From Raillietiella orientalis (taxonomy: Eukaryota): a stretch of 64,000 nucleotides of DNA. Below, one piece after another: positions 51,401 through 64,000 of the stretch (its first letter is position 1; each line of letters begins with the position of its first letter). Under the pieces are notes generated by a model. That model was not told the DNA's origin. It was given only the letters and a program-made list of their open reading frames with translations, and searched no databases. The stretch spans positions 1,178,001 to 1,242,000 of the forward strand of contig JAYWIR010000046.1 in the NCBI GenBank assembly GCA_036172245.1, given 5' to 3'. The position numbers and the translations under genes are program-made.

Positions 51401-51489
51401 AACTCGAAATTCCCTCAAAGGTTTTCAAGAGGTTTTGGATGTCTTGAAAAGCTAAACGAGAACAAGCATTTCAAATATGGGAGCGCTTG

Positions 51490-54400
51490 ACCCTTCCCCA
51501 CGCACGCACTCCCGTCAGAGGAAGCAAGCTCTCTCGATCCCTAATGCAAATGACAACGGCGCAAGAACTCATTTCTCTGGAGAAAGTTGTTTTTGCATTC
51601 CCGCTTTCTGAATGTCGGAAAATACACGACATGATGACCGCTGACACGAAAAGCATTTTGGAGGGACAACCAGGAAACAAAACATCCGCCATTGCATACG
51701 GGTGTTTTCAAACATCGGTATGCGATGGCGGACGTTTTGACGTACTTCTTTGAAGTATGTTGGTTTTGACATGCAAAACTGTATGGAAGTTCCGCGAGGC
51801 TTATACATCCCACAACGACGCCACCAGGAACACGATCGTCCTCACTATGCACAGCCCTGAAAACACGCCTGAAAACGCGTGAGCCTGCACGTTTCTTCAG
51901 GACGCCTTCGCATAGACTTATTTCTTCTTGTGCACCTGGACAGCTCACAGGCAAGCAACACATCGATAGTCTAGAAACGAGCCGTTACCATAACGAGGTT
52001 ATTCCTCCAGAGGAAAGGTCTCAAGATTTGGGGGAATTTCTTAAGATCATTTCCGGTTTCGCGGTCATCTGAATCGATTGGAGATGAACGGCGCTGCAGT
52101 TACTGGAAGCTCAGTGTGATGCAAGCCAAAAACCAAGCGGAAAAATATGCCGCCAGGGTGCAAGATCCACCCGTTGACCAAGTTGCCCTCAAAGCGCGCT
52201 GCGTAAGCTTCACGATTCGGAGCCGCTGTTCCGTTTCCCAGAGATCAGCAGGGATTCACCGATCGAGATTTTCGAATTCATCCAACAAACTCATATACCA
52301 CGAAAGATGTCACTGACTCACGGTCGACAAATGACGGACACTCACGTTCCGAAGCAAACGTCAGGTCTCCATCTATCTCCTCGAGTGCGTATTACGCAGC
52401 CCAGGCAAGCGTGTCCTCACTCGCTAATGAAACACAGTTGGATCGTGCATCGTCCGAGAACACTCCAACACTCCAAATAGAGAAAACCGCTTAGTGCGGT
52501 TTTTTTGTGGGTCTCGCCGTTACCCCCAATCTCTTGCAAAAGAAATTGGTGTAGGTATGCAGTGACCTCGTGGATGGAATATCCATTTTTTCAGAAGGAA
52601 AGGACTTCTTATTGCAATGCTCTCGTCAAAGAACAACGAGTAGCTTGGTGTTTGAGAAAGGATGCAAAGGTTCGGTTCTCTGTCTCCATTTTTTTGTGCT
52701 CTTCCGAACGCAGTGGCATTCCGAATTTCTGGTTAATGACCTGAAGGATTCGAGTTCACATTATTAATTCTCTCATCGTACATGTACTTGGATTTACGAA
52801 GAGTTTCCACGTCGTATTCTTGTCGAGGATTGCTATGTGTCAGGACACATAGCGATCCTCAATTCAGGAGGATGAACCAGGATCCGATCTTCCGTTATTC
52901 TGATTCACTGCCAAATGGCATCTCTGAACAGGGCTCAGTCAAGCAGAGATCGAATGAAAGTGAGGGATCCATGGAAAAGATTGGTGTAGCATCCAAGGAG
53001 CACGCGAAGCTTCTGTTAGACGAGCTCAAACGAGACGCAGGCGCCGAAGTCGCAAGATGGATGGACCAAGTGCAGTTATGGACGCCCTCTCGAATCCTAA
53101 AGCACTCTACAACCCAGCAGTTCGGAAAAGATTTGGTCCAGCGGATGGAAGGAAATAATCATTCAAGGAATGCTTCTTTCGAGTGAATGTCGGAACAGCT
53201 GTTTCCGAGGAAAGATCAACGGGAGAGAATCGAAGAGGTGTGCATGGAGGTAGCCATTTTTCAAGGCGGATCTGAGCATAAAGGGAAGAAGAAGAGCCGA
53301 GGAGGAAGACGAGAGACCTCATGGACGCACGTGGATGCAGTCCGCAATGGCCTTTTGGTTTTCCTTTTGATGCAAGGGCGCTCTCCACACGTTCGATCCG
53401 CCATCCCAAACGGCGGCGGTGGCCAACGACGATGCCGAAACAGCGCAGGTCTTGCAACTCCCTCCGAGCAGTTGCAAGACCTGAGCTGCCCTCTGCGGAC
53501 GTTCCTGCCTTGGAGGATTCTTCGGAAATTTCAAAGCGGATCGGGATTTCGACCTATGAAGTACCTGCCAAGTGCAACGATGGGGTACTTGGGTTAGGGC
53601 ATCCGTAGGAGCGACGTGTTGCACGCCACGAGTAGGTCCTTGCTCCTTGCTGTTCTGCATCTTCAGGGGTGCGGAGCGAGCTCGAGAAATGAGAGTCACC
53701 GGCGCGCACGAGAGGTTCGGAAACTCTTTCGGACAGCTCGGTTCGAAACGAAAGTCACGGGAGCTTCGTGGTAGCACTGGAAACAAGGATGCTGTCCTTC
53801 CCGCGAACTCCTTCGCCTGCACGCTACGATCGCATTCCCTGACACGCGGCTGATCGCTGGCACCCGAGAGCGGCACAGAGGGGAACGTCGATGGTGGCTA
53901 TGCAGAGGGACTCGCGCGGAGTACACGAAACTTACAGGGAGAGCTACAGGGAGGAAACTGACCATCCGATGATTCCCCCGCGGCCATCGGAGGCATACGA
54001 TTGCTGAAGACTAGGGAAAAAGTCACGATCCGCAGGAATTTTCGGTCTCCGCTGCTTTTTTGGATCCGACCGTAGCGTGGTAACCCTCAGACACTACGAA
54101 CCTGCCTGTCCAGTTGTCCCACTAGGTTTACCGCTTTGCGCTCTCGTTCTTCCCGGAAACCGGGGAAACGAGCAAATCCTCGAGAGCAGACAAGCTGGGA
54201 GCGGATGCAGGCGCAACCGCTGCAGAACACCGAATGGTGTACTGGCACGGGAAACGAAGGTGTTCGGTACTCAGTGTGCTCACCAGCGCGTGGTGGTGCA
54301 CTGCGACAAATGCAAACGGGAACCGAGAGTACCGACGACGAATGCGTTCGTGCAAGGATCCTCTTAAAAGAGCTCCTGCCTACGCTTTCGGGTGCATGGG

Positions 54401-56650
54401 AGTTCCTCACGCGCAAGTGGGGAGGGGAAGTGAAAGGAGGGGGTGCATGGAGGCATCTCGAATACCACTGCCGACCGACGCGGGTCGACGTCGCGTCATT
54501 CAGGGAGCAAAAGAGCCTGCAAAGTCTAGGCGGAAGCTGAGCACCCAGCGAAATCGAGAAATCACTTAGGAAACGTCAGTCCCTCTCACCGAGGGAAGCC
54601 CAGCAAGCCGCCAAAGAGAGTGCACAGCCCACGAAAGACGCAAGTCGGACGACACGTGGAAACCCGGATGCGGACGGAGTGGGACAGGAGGACTGGAATC
54701 TATGCCGGTTCTTGCGGAGGCGCCCGACGCGCTGCTCGAAGCCGGCGAGGAACCGGAAACGAAGCGAAGTCCGTTCGATGCGAAAGCGATCCGATCGGAA
54801 GCGCTTTCTTGGGGAGTCGGGCAAAACCCATTTACGGGGAAAAGGAGGAAGATTCGTCACCGCGGTGTGTCGAGCTCCTGGAAGCCACCAGGAGCGAGGA
54901 ATACGCGCCAGACGTCGCGTGATTGTTCGTCGCCCGCGCCTGCAGCTGGTGGAGGAGGCGAGCGCCAGGAGTCCAGGAAAGCGAAACGAACAGCTGGGCG
55001 CCGGAAAAGAACCCACGAGGGAAGCCGCACGCGGTCCGTGGCAGTAGGAGCGGTACTCTTCGTGAGATAAATGAATTCATACGAAAGAAATCGCCATAAT
55101 AATTGGCATGATGTCCATGGCGCAGAAGACGCTGCATCGAACAGAAAGACTCGGATCCCCGCGTCGAACGAGGAAATGAAGAAAAGTCGGAGATTAGCCT
55201 CCGATTCAGATGGATGGGACGGTTTTCTTCGGCGCGGAAGCGTTCTCCGAGGACGCGTACAGAATAGAGGAATTCGTCTCTAGGATGGGAGCCGGGGGAT
55301 CGTTCTTCTTGCTTTCGCTTCTTGCTTTTGCTCTACACTGGTCACAGTGATTCAGCGTGAGCTACACAAGACGAAAAACGACCGACAGCAAGAACGGAAA
55401 CTTCAGACCTTTCCGTCGACCCCAACCTTCTGCCATGCTACGCGGAAGGTACGCTCCGAGGCTGCCTTCCGCGTGCTAAGGCTGGGGTCGACTCGAAAAA
55501 CTCGCCTCAGAGAGCCTACAGCACGTTTCGGCAGCATAACTGGCGCGTCGCTTCCAAACACGGCACTGGTAAGGCGTAGGGCATGCATTAGATTGGAGGT
55601 CTACAGGACAGTCAAAACCACGGTGTACTATTGGTGGAAGCCATGCACTGATGTTTCGGATACTCATTTCAAGGTTCGTCTTGAATCCAGGATGTTCTTT
55701 CTCCGAATCCAAACTGCTGGCTTGTGTGATTCTTGGTATATCTGCATCCGCAGCACGCGTTTGCACGAATTTCAACGGTCATCGGGGGGTAGAGGCAAAC
55801 GGTGCTCGGGAGCCTCGGAGCTGCCTTCGAGACATGTCGAAACGATCCGAGAGGGAGAAAAGGTTAAGATGGAGCCGACAGGAGAATCGAAGAGTTTGAT
55901 AGGTGCCAAATGTAATCGTGACTCAAATGAAGTTCAGAAAGCAACTTCGGAAGTGGACCAGGCATCGTGAGCAATATGCAAGAGAAGCGACGAGTGAGCA
56001 ACAACTACTGATGAATCGAAGGACCTGCAAGCGCGTCCTGTGCCGACTGAAAGGCGTTTTCTCTTTGAAGGCGGCATCCATGAGTATGCATGTGACGGAA
56101 GGCGCAGCATGCATTGCTGGTACGCATCCGTGTAGCATTGATTCGAAGACCCTCGAAAGACTAGACGTTGAGCTGAAAACTGATGAATGCAAGATGGTAA
56201 ACACAAGTAAAGCTGGCTGTTCTAGGACTACCGCAGACGAGAAGAGAGCGAGCATTCCTGGACCGTTCCGTGACAGGTGTCATTGGATTGCTACAATTGA
56301 CAAAGGTTCTGTTTTCGCAATTCTTTGTTATGAGCTGGATGCAAAATAGGACAGTGGCTTGGAGAACTTGATTTCCATGGTATTTGCATCTTCGGAGGTA
56401 ATGATGGCGGTTAGTGTTCCATAGCGAAATGGCCATAATGTTCGACTTATCATAGTGAAATGTTTCATTTATTGGGAAGATTCTATTAAAACGTGATTTC
56501 ACTGTGTTCCTCTTTGCAGCAGACGAAGTCATCATAACTGTGTTGGCGAACGGAACGGCTTTCCTTCCCTGCAGGCGCTCCAGAGTAGAAATAATCGAAC
56601 ACGTCAAACTAATTTTGTGGTACAAAGGGGACACAGGACCACCCGTATAC
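51490..56650 (-). mobile_element. Degenerate near-full-length copia gag-pol relic
   Basis: GSFPAPS..KRFRSDR (ORF 54576-55016), EHLRFPC, EPSCPKE, GWRIERVESAL (ORF 53107-53457), IDSDD, NNLV, EDD..ISLAELP..HTSK..IAYRCLK..VCNG..VVYF + DIQKAGMQKQL (51560-51850), minus-strand ggggaaggg at ~51491-51499. Confidence 0.75.
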
Positions 56651-57089
56651 AGGTAAGATATGTTTCAGACTTTCCGAGATGTTTCTTGGGATGATTGTGT
56701 TTCATGGTGTGGATACCCAAGTCAGCAGGAAAGCTCGCGATTCCACTTCATTAATACCCACAAAAGAATTTCTTGCATTTAGATTGTTTCCCTTAAATGC
56801 TTGAGTGCCATGCGGTTGCTGGAATCACAATCTTGCTAGTCATGAGCGAAAGACGCATTTGCATCAGAGAACGTTTTCAAAGCGGAAGCTCTTAAAGTTG
56901 CGGACTGCAATAAGGGTTCGAAAATGGATATAAATCTCATAGCAAGATGCACGACGAGGAACAGATGCCTGTGAAAGAGGCAGCAATTGAGTAGAGAGGC
57001 AGGTTCTTAGTGATCCTAGGCGCACAGGAGAAACCAAGGAACGATGACTTTTAAGAAGACTCTACTGACATTCTCTGAAGGGGGTGTCA

Positions 57090-60000
57090 CCTCCAGCAGC
57101 TCGTTTGCGGAATTCTGCACAGCTTAAGTAACTATGCCGGCGATCATCATCTCAGTGAACGAAGGGACCCACTTTACCAGCTTGTTCCTGGCAGCCAAGT
57201 CCTGCATTTCGTCGACCACATCTGAAACTTTGTGGGCATGCAAATGCAGTTTCTTACTCTGAGCAGCATGACATGCTCGATATTACTTTGGAGATGCTAC
57301 TCCTGCAACCCAAATAACAGTGGCTGCACCAGCAACTGCATTCGTCCAAAACGAAGACGAGCAGACTGTCTGGGCGATGAGCTTGGCGGCAATTACCGTC
57401 TTCTCGGATCAGCTGCATTATCGGCCACTGCGTAAATCCAAGAGGCGGACAGTCTCTGCTACTTTAGATATGGATCGCGAAGTCTCGTCTTAACTGGGTG
57501 GACTCGCTCGTGCTTGCAGTGTGAAAAGGAGGTGCCAACCTCATTGCCGCACGCTGCAGGGAGCAAGTACTCCATTCCACCACATTCCTCACAAAAGAGA
57601 ATGGAAGCTCTGACTTCTCTAAAGAGATGATTTGATCGGTTTCAGAAAGCGGATGGAGGAATCCGAGTATTGAATTTTAGAAACTGGATGAAAGAATACA
57701 CCGCAGGTGCGTGTTCTGGAACATAATTCCCAATTTGTGGAAGAGTAGTCGATGTAGGAATTGGATACGTCATGATTCTTGCTCCCAGTCAACTGAACTG
57801 CTTCGCTTCCAGCTGCAATCGAAACGGGATTTGTCATCTGACGAGAGCCGCCCAAACCACTGCCTCCACGCAAACTATAATTACACTGTTTGCTCCGCGC
57901 GCATAATACGACTGGTAATAGTGGATAGGCACAGTCTCTTGAAGGTAATCAGCTCTGATCCTGGAATTCGATACGACTTGGTGTCGGTGTCCCCAGCTTT
58001 GCGTTCCTCATTTCCCATTCTTCTGATGAATGCATTCTGTTCATGTGCATCGAAGCACTCAGAACCTCTTTCTTGCGCAGGAAAGCCACGGATTTTCCAG
58101 TAACTCGTTCAGCGCAGCGCACTTTATGCAGAAGTTCCATAAAACTCTCGCCAGACTTGGTAGGTACGGCGTAACAGGCGCTTGTTTTCTTCGCTGCACA
58201 TCTACTTGAAACCACGAAATGGAATTCCCTTGCAAGCCACAGGTGTCGAAAGGATCCATCGCAAAATCTGTGCATAATCAGGGGCACGTTATTACGTCCT
58301 CATGTTTCTTCGTATTGGCATTCAATTGAGGAATACGAAAGGAAGCTCCCGAACTTTCTTCAGGACCGACTTTCAGAGTTTTCTCAACTAGACGATGCGT
58401 GTTGGAAGAGCATTTCAAGTGCTGAAAACTCGAGTTCATGCTGGACTGAATCCAGCATGAAGTCGAATTGAAAGGATTGAAAGGATGCGACGATGGAAAC
58501 CGGAAGCAAAGGGATTCCATGGAAACCCCGCGCAAGAATGAAGTGCTTTCGATCCCCTTTGAAAACACCAACGAAGTAATGAAACGTCTCGTCAGCTGAT
58601 GTAGCAGCAGTTGGGGCAGTGATTGTGGGCACTGTGCAAACAGGTGCAACCGACAGACAGTTTCTATAAAGTGAAAGTGTTTCCTGGAGGAAAACATTAA
58701 GAAACAAAGGAAAAAAAATCACCTCCAGTACCCGGGCCTCGTTTCGGATTCGACAGCTGTCTGAATCCAGCAGCACGCTTGAGAATCATCCATTCATCCA
58801 GCATCTGCATTTGTCCCACCTTGTGTGCACGTCCCTGTTTCCTTTTTCCGGTGCAAAGCTTCGCGCCGAAGACACTAACGCATACGTTCACTAGATAGCT
58901 CAAGTGGACCACCTTGCAACTACTGGGTGTCCTCTTGTGCATTTTTGTCAGGGATGTGATTCACAACCTGCAATTTGCAGCCGAACAATCTGGTCTCTCG
59001 CTGCTCCCCAGTAAACGGGGAGGCAATCTCTCTGAATCGATCCCCCTAGGGAAACCAGAGCAGAACGCGTTTTCGATATGCAGAGAATGTGCATGGGAAC
59101 AAGTGTGAAGCTGGCTGCGTTGGCAGCTTAGAGACAAGGGTGCCTGATTGCCTGATTTCGATCCGTCAACAAAATGCTCTGGGTGCCTCGGCTACAGTAT
59201 GAGCAGTCTTGTTGCATCTCCATCAGGGAATGTGAGACACCAACGAGGGACGCTCTTCATCTTTTCTGGTGACGCATGGAGTCTGGGAAGATCACTCAGA
59301 GCACCAAGAAAACTCGTCTTTCTGTTGCCTAATGACTCCACAGAAGTTTTGTTGCGCTCTCCCCCGATAAATGGAAATCGTTTTGTTGGACTCCTTTGGG
59401 ATTGGCTTGCGAAGGCGCCTGGACAAGGGGGCTCCCGAATTGATAGTACGGAAAACGGATTGTGGTGAATGGACCGATGCTCCCGTTTTAGATTCGTGCT
59501 GCACTCGATCTGTTAGAGATCTCGCTGTGTTGAAAGGTTTTGCGATCTTTACCCGCAGCGTTATGATAATCCCGGTTTGATTTTAGCATGGATTTGAGAA
59601 AGGGAAATCAATCGAGAATCCAGCATTGGTCGGATGACCGTCATTTTGGTTCTCGCGCTCATCACGAACTTCGGCCATCTTGCGGACTCCACGTCAATCG
59701 GGTGCACATCAGGGATGCGGGGAAATACAGATGCCGCATCGATTCCTGGAAGGAACCGTCCGTCATTTCTGTTGTCAACCTTCAAGTAACCGGTGAGTTC
59801 TGCGGACACCCGATCTCCATCGACGTAATTGGTGGATGCCACCGTTTATGTCAGGCGAGCGAAACCTTGCAGTCTGCATGACGGGCAATGAAAGGAAGCC
59901 GCAAGATATCAGCGAAACCAAGTAGAGTAAGAATGCGAATGAGCGGATGTTGATTTCGCAAACGGCAAAAATCTTCATCCACTGAAACTTGCGGGGATGA

Positions 60001-62800
60001 GGCCGAAAAAGTTCTTCGGAGCACGGCCAAACGCGGAGTTCGGTGCAGTTTTGAGCTACTCGGAAGGCTTTAGTCAGACGGAGAACTACACTCGTAGGTT
60101 CGAGAGCGTTTGGAGTAGGGCAAGCGGGCACCGCACCTTCCCAGGCAACGAAAGGTGTCCAAGAAGTCCGCGGAAGGACAAGGTTCCTTCATTTTTGCTC
60201 TGTTTGTCTCCCATCATTTGTAACCTTAGCGGATTGTTCCAGAAAAAAATGGGGCAAAGAACTGGGAAAAGCTGAGTCAAAGGGTCGCAAATGTTTGAGA
60301 AGCAGAGCCCCGAATGGCCGGTGGCCGTTGTCTGCAGATTCCGATACGCTGACCTACTGCTACCGGTGCCTCTCCCTGTTGGGAATCGAGCACTGAAGTG
60401 CTCACGAAGATAAAGGTGTCATTCCCCGGAGGATTTCCGATGATTTCAGCAACAATGGCAATGATACCATGCCATGCGTAGCAACCTCAGGTGGTTCCGA
60501 ATTTCAGTCGTGCTGCTTTGAGCAGTGCCAGCTGTCGTCTTCCTGGAGACTTCGTGCATTCGCTGGATCCTTTCAAGCCCGATCATCTGAAGCTGCCTGG
60601 TCTCAGATCCCAATCTCGGTTTTCGCATCCTTGACCACTTCTGCTGCGGAAATCATTTCCTTTTTTTTTTTCTTTTTTCTCTCAAATATCCTCCTAAAAT
60701 GCGCGTGATGCTCTCGGGATGCCCATTTTAGCACTCTGGTAATTTATGCACGTTACAAGGGCGATTATTAAAGGACGCGTCAGGTGCTTCGTTTTGAAAT
60801 GGATGAGATGCTTAGCAGTAATCTCTTGGCATCACTCTCCCGAACACTTTGGATCACTTCGTTTGGATTTCCGAACCACTCCTGCACATGGACTACAAGT
60901 CTGTTTATGGATTTTGTCCAAACAACAAATTTCTCTTATTCTCTTATCACACAAAAGGAACACCTATGCAAATTTTTTTGCTCCTCCACCGTTAGTAGGG
61001 ATGATTTATTCCCGGACAGGAAAAAAAAGCACCTTCCGTTGAGGACTCCTCATCGCTCAACGTCTCTTGGAGGTCAGAAGGCACAATCCAACAAACTGGA
61101 TACGCTCAGGTAGAGACCGATCAACCACGATACTGGACATTGAGTCATCCGTCCGAACTTGCTGCCTCGCCAGCTGAGTGCAGAGCGGACGATCGAATCC
61201 ACGTTTCGTACTGAAGAGGAAGGGAAAGTTCCCTTAAGACGAAAATGTCTTCTCATTAGTGTACACGCATAGAAAGAGGTATCCATTAGCGGTGTCCACC
61301 GAATGATTCCTGCAAGGTTTTCGCCCTTATGCTTCCCAGTTCACGAATCCGTGCGTATTCAGGGTCAGCGAGTCTCTTTCATCACTTGTTTACTTCTCGT
61401 CTTCCCTCCGCACGCATGATCCTCCAGGCAAGAGACGATGAATTTCTGCTGGGACTTTTTTGTTCTCTTCTTCATTTGGTAAATCACTTGCTGGGACCTC
61501 CAATGATGCTTCGGAAAGTGGGTCCAGGGCCATCCTTTGGCTAACTGCTGATCGTGCCGCTACATTTGTAGATATTTGAAAGATCCGTTGTTGGACGCAT
61601 AGCAGGTGCATCGGTGAGAGCCACAGCTAAGAGGCAAGAGGCGCTAGAGGCGGCTTTGAGGCAAGTTGTTCAAGTTGTCCGTACAGTGTCTTTATTGTTG
61701 CATAGGGATTGGCATTCCTTCTACGGGTAGGTTCTTGGTTGGACATTTGTCTTTAACGAGTGAACCCAATGAATTCTTCTTGCCCAGATTAGCATCTTCA
61801 TTCATGCTTTGCACAGAGCTTCTTTGTCCGGCTTTTTTTTTTACTCCTTTCCTCATTTCTCTTCCTTGAGGTGTGCACCTCACGCTAGTCGCTGTATGAA
61901 GCATTCAGTATCCTCAAAACTTTCGATGCCTTTCTGTTCCTCTAAATCCACTAAGAGTTCCCTTTCGATAGAGTTCCACTGGATCCATTCATCTCTGTTT
62001 CATTGCGTTCGCTCCTGATCTGTTTTCTGATAGTTCTTCAACTCTGTTGAAAGGTCACAGACTGAGCCGAATGTTCATGTAATGATAAAAGTCCTTCATG
62101 GTATCCAAGGATGCAAACAAGTCCTCAAAAGAATTCTCGGAATTAATCCGCGTAAACGAAAGCACAGAATGGAAACGTTCGTCGATTCGAAAGGTCTCTG
62201 CAATATTTCTCGAGTCATTTTCAGGGTCTTTGTCAAGTCCGGAAGCAAACTTTTGAATCAGGAATTCGTCAGCGTAGAGTCACATTTTCCGGCGAGCAGC
62301 TTGTCCGATGCCATGTGTCCCAATATGGAGTGAAATGTCTCTCAGAGGTCAACAGTCCTGCCTCTGCTGGAAATGGGACGGGATGTGTATTGACTTCTAA
62401 GATTCTTGCAAAAAATAGCGACGCATTGCACTTCTGCGAAATTCACGCAAGCAGCAGAATCCAACTTAATCAGGATGGCGATGCATCCTTGCGTTGTGGA
62501 CAGTCGGAAATAGGGGCTATGGGAAAGCGTGGATATCAGAAAATGAAACTTAGAGATGTGAAAGAGTTGAAAGAGTTTGGTGTTGCATTTTGTCAGGTTC
62601 AGCATGAGTTTCTGAAGGCCAAGAAGTTTTTGTCTGCTGCGAGAAGAGAAACGGCCGTTCCTGAGGATGGGTCATTCGTGAAAAAACCTGTGCATACTGT
62701 CCACCGTTGTGATACATGTTCTTCAATCATTCGGGCATCCTAATTTCTCGACGTTCTCTCGGTAAAAGAGTTACATCATTTTTAATTTTTCCGTATTCAA
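57090..62800 (-). mobile_element. Degenerate near-full-length copia gag-pol relic
   Basis: ELLVDLEEQK (gag-like), decayed knuckle ~61665-61705, LMDTS..HF..SVRNVD (ORF 61074-61286), PRLG, LRLQMMGD, KVDNR..FLPG, HSLHIENAF (~59064-59090), REDG..VKWVPSFTEMMIAGI; nucleotide similarity to 45610-46100. Confidence 0.7.
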
Positions 62801-63099
62801 TTTCTTGCCTCAAAATTCCCTCTTGAACACTAGGCCTTCCATTCATCTACGCAAAGTTCTTGCTTTTCGAAGCATAAAGGTTTTGTCTTAGTTTTCCTTA
62901 CAGCATCGAAAATCATCCCATTGACGAGAAACGAGCATTCGAACAGAAAGAGGCTTGCATTTTGAGCAGCTTCTGAAAGACACACTCTTGCGTACCCAGA
63001 GTTCCCGTCTTGCGATCCATGTTCAGGTGTGGCTATTTTTGTCAAGTTTGCTTGCATCCTCCTATGGGAGGTAGCGCGGAGCGGAAGACGTGTGCGGAG

Positions 63100-64000
63100 C
63101 GTATCGTGCAAAACCGATGAAACAGCGTCAGAGTGAGAAGTCTTCCTTCTTGCATTTGTTAAGTGAGGAAAATCATCCGTTGCGTTACTAAGAAATGAAT
63201 AGGCTGTCTCTAATGGTAAAATAGATGAGCGGCAGGTACAAGGAATGAAATGCGAGATGTTCGAGGTGGAATCCCAAGAGAGGTAGGAGGATAGAGTTCG
63301 TTGAATTCAAAGTGCCTTTCAAACGGTGCGTCTCAAAGAAAATCGCCAACTCGATCCCTTGCATACGCCATTCAGAAGACAAACTACTGTGATGTCTGTT
63401 GGCATACAAAACACTGTCTCATCTAAACATCTAAGCGCCGCCTACTCCTAAGGGGGACACGTTTTGTTCAAAATAGTCTTCTCCTTGCTACAGCGTTTCT
63501 GATCATTCAAATCAATTCTCTTCGGAATCTCCTCAGTCTGCATGCAAAGCTCATTGTGAACAAACTCTGGTTTCGTCACAAATAGACTCGCATCAGCAGA
63601 GTCTATTTGTGACGCAAAAGCAGATACCACGTTTCCCATGTGCACTTTGCTGCGAAGGGCCTAAAATGTTGGTGTGTCTTCGAAGAATGTTCTGCTAGTT
63701 CGTGGAGGCGGATGAGTCGTGGCTGGTGAAGACTCAGAGCAATCGGGAAAGATTAGAAAATGTGGCAGAGCTCAGTGAAAACAATGGACTAGAAAAAGGA
63801 AAGCAGTTCCTGTTCAAGAATCATGGCGAGCTGCGGAAATGGGAAGACATGCCTGCACAAAGAAGGGTGCCCACTTTTGGGGAAAGAGAGGACTTCGTGT
63901 TTCCCCAACAGTCAGCCCCAACAGTTTAGCAAACTGCGAGTATCAGCTGCATAGCTTACCACCCTCATATTCTGCTACAAGACATCCTCTGTCGATACTG
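63100..64000 (-). mobile_element. Copia RNase H relic, element continues beyond the window
   Basis: IDSADA (ORF 63448-63645), NSTNSILL..AFHS..IYFTIRDSL (ORF 63188-63409, DNQSAI..FH..YHFIRD-like), KKEDFS. Confidence 0.6.

Noticed and set aside
1..64000. Prokaryotic island, prophage or giant-virus insertion suggested by the GC shifts
   Set aside because: No gene-dense ORF pattern and no recognisable viral or bacterial proteins; both GC-rich and AT-rich parts resolve into copia relics.

Overview
Eukaryotic, gene-free 64 kb window made almost wall-to-wall of about 20 heavily decayed Ty1/copia LTR-retrotransposon internal regions on both strands. I recognised them by eye from remote motif remnants in copia order: gag zinc knuckle, protease D(S/T)GA, H-R-LGH, integrase D..D..TPQQNG-AER, RT (DVxxAFL, LYGLKQ, YVDD, TRPDI) and RNase H (DADWAG, ISW-SKKQ, DN-AI, KHI, QLAD-TK). 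All copies are frameshifted or stop-ridden, and no intact gene, RNA gene, CRISPR array or LTR pair is visible. Higher-order structure is superimposed: (i) a >99% identical 1.3 kb inverted repeat (7519-8831 / 11700-13011) inside a much larger, strongly diverged palindrome centred near 10.3 kb; (ii) an old ~11.5 kb direct duplication (from 45.6 kb and from 57.1 kb); (iii) strong GC contrasts, roughly 30-40% in the flanks and troughs versus 60-70% and CpG-rich at 14-49 kb (eyeballed), which cut across homologous copies. Element boundaries are approximate, individual motif calls are weak, and the organism cannot be identified from the sequence.
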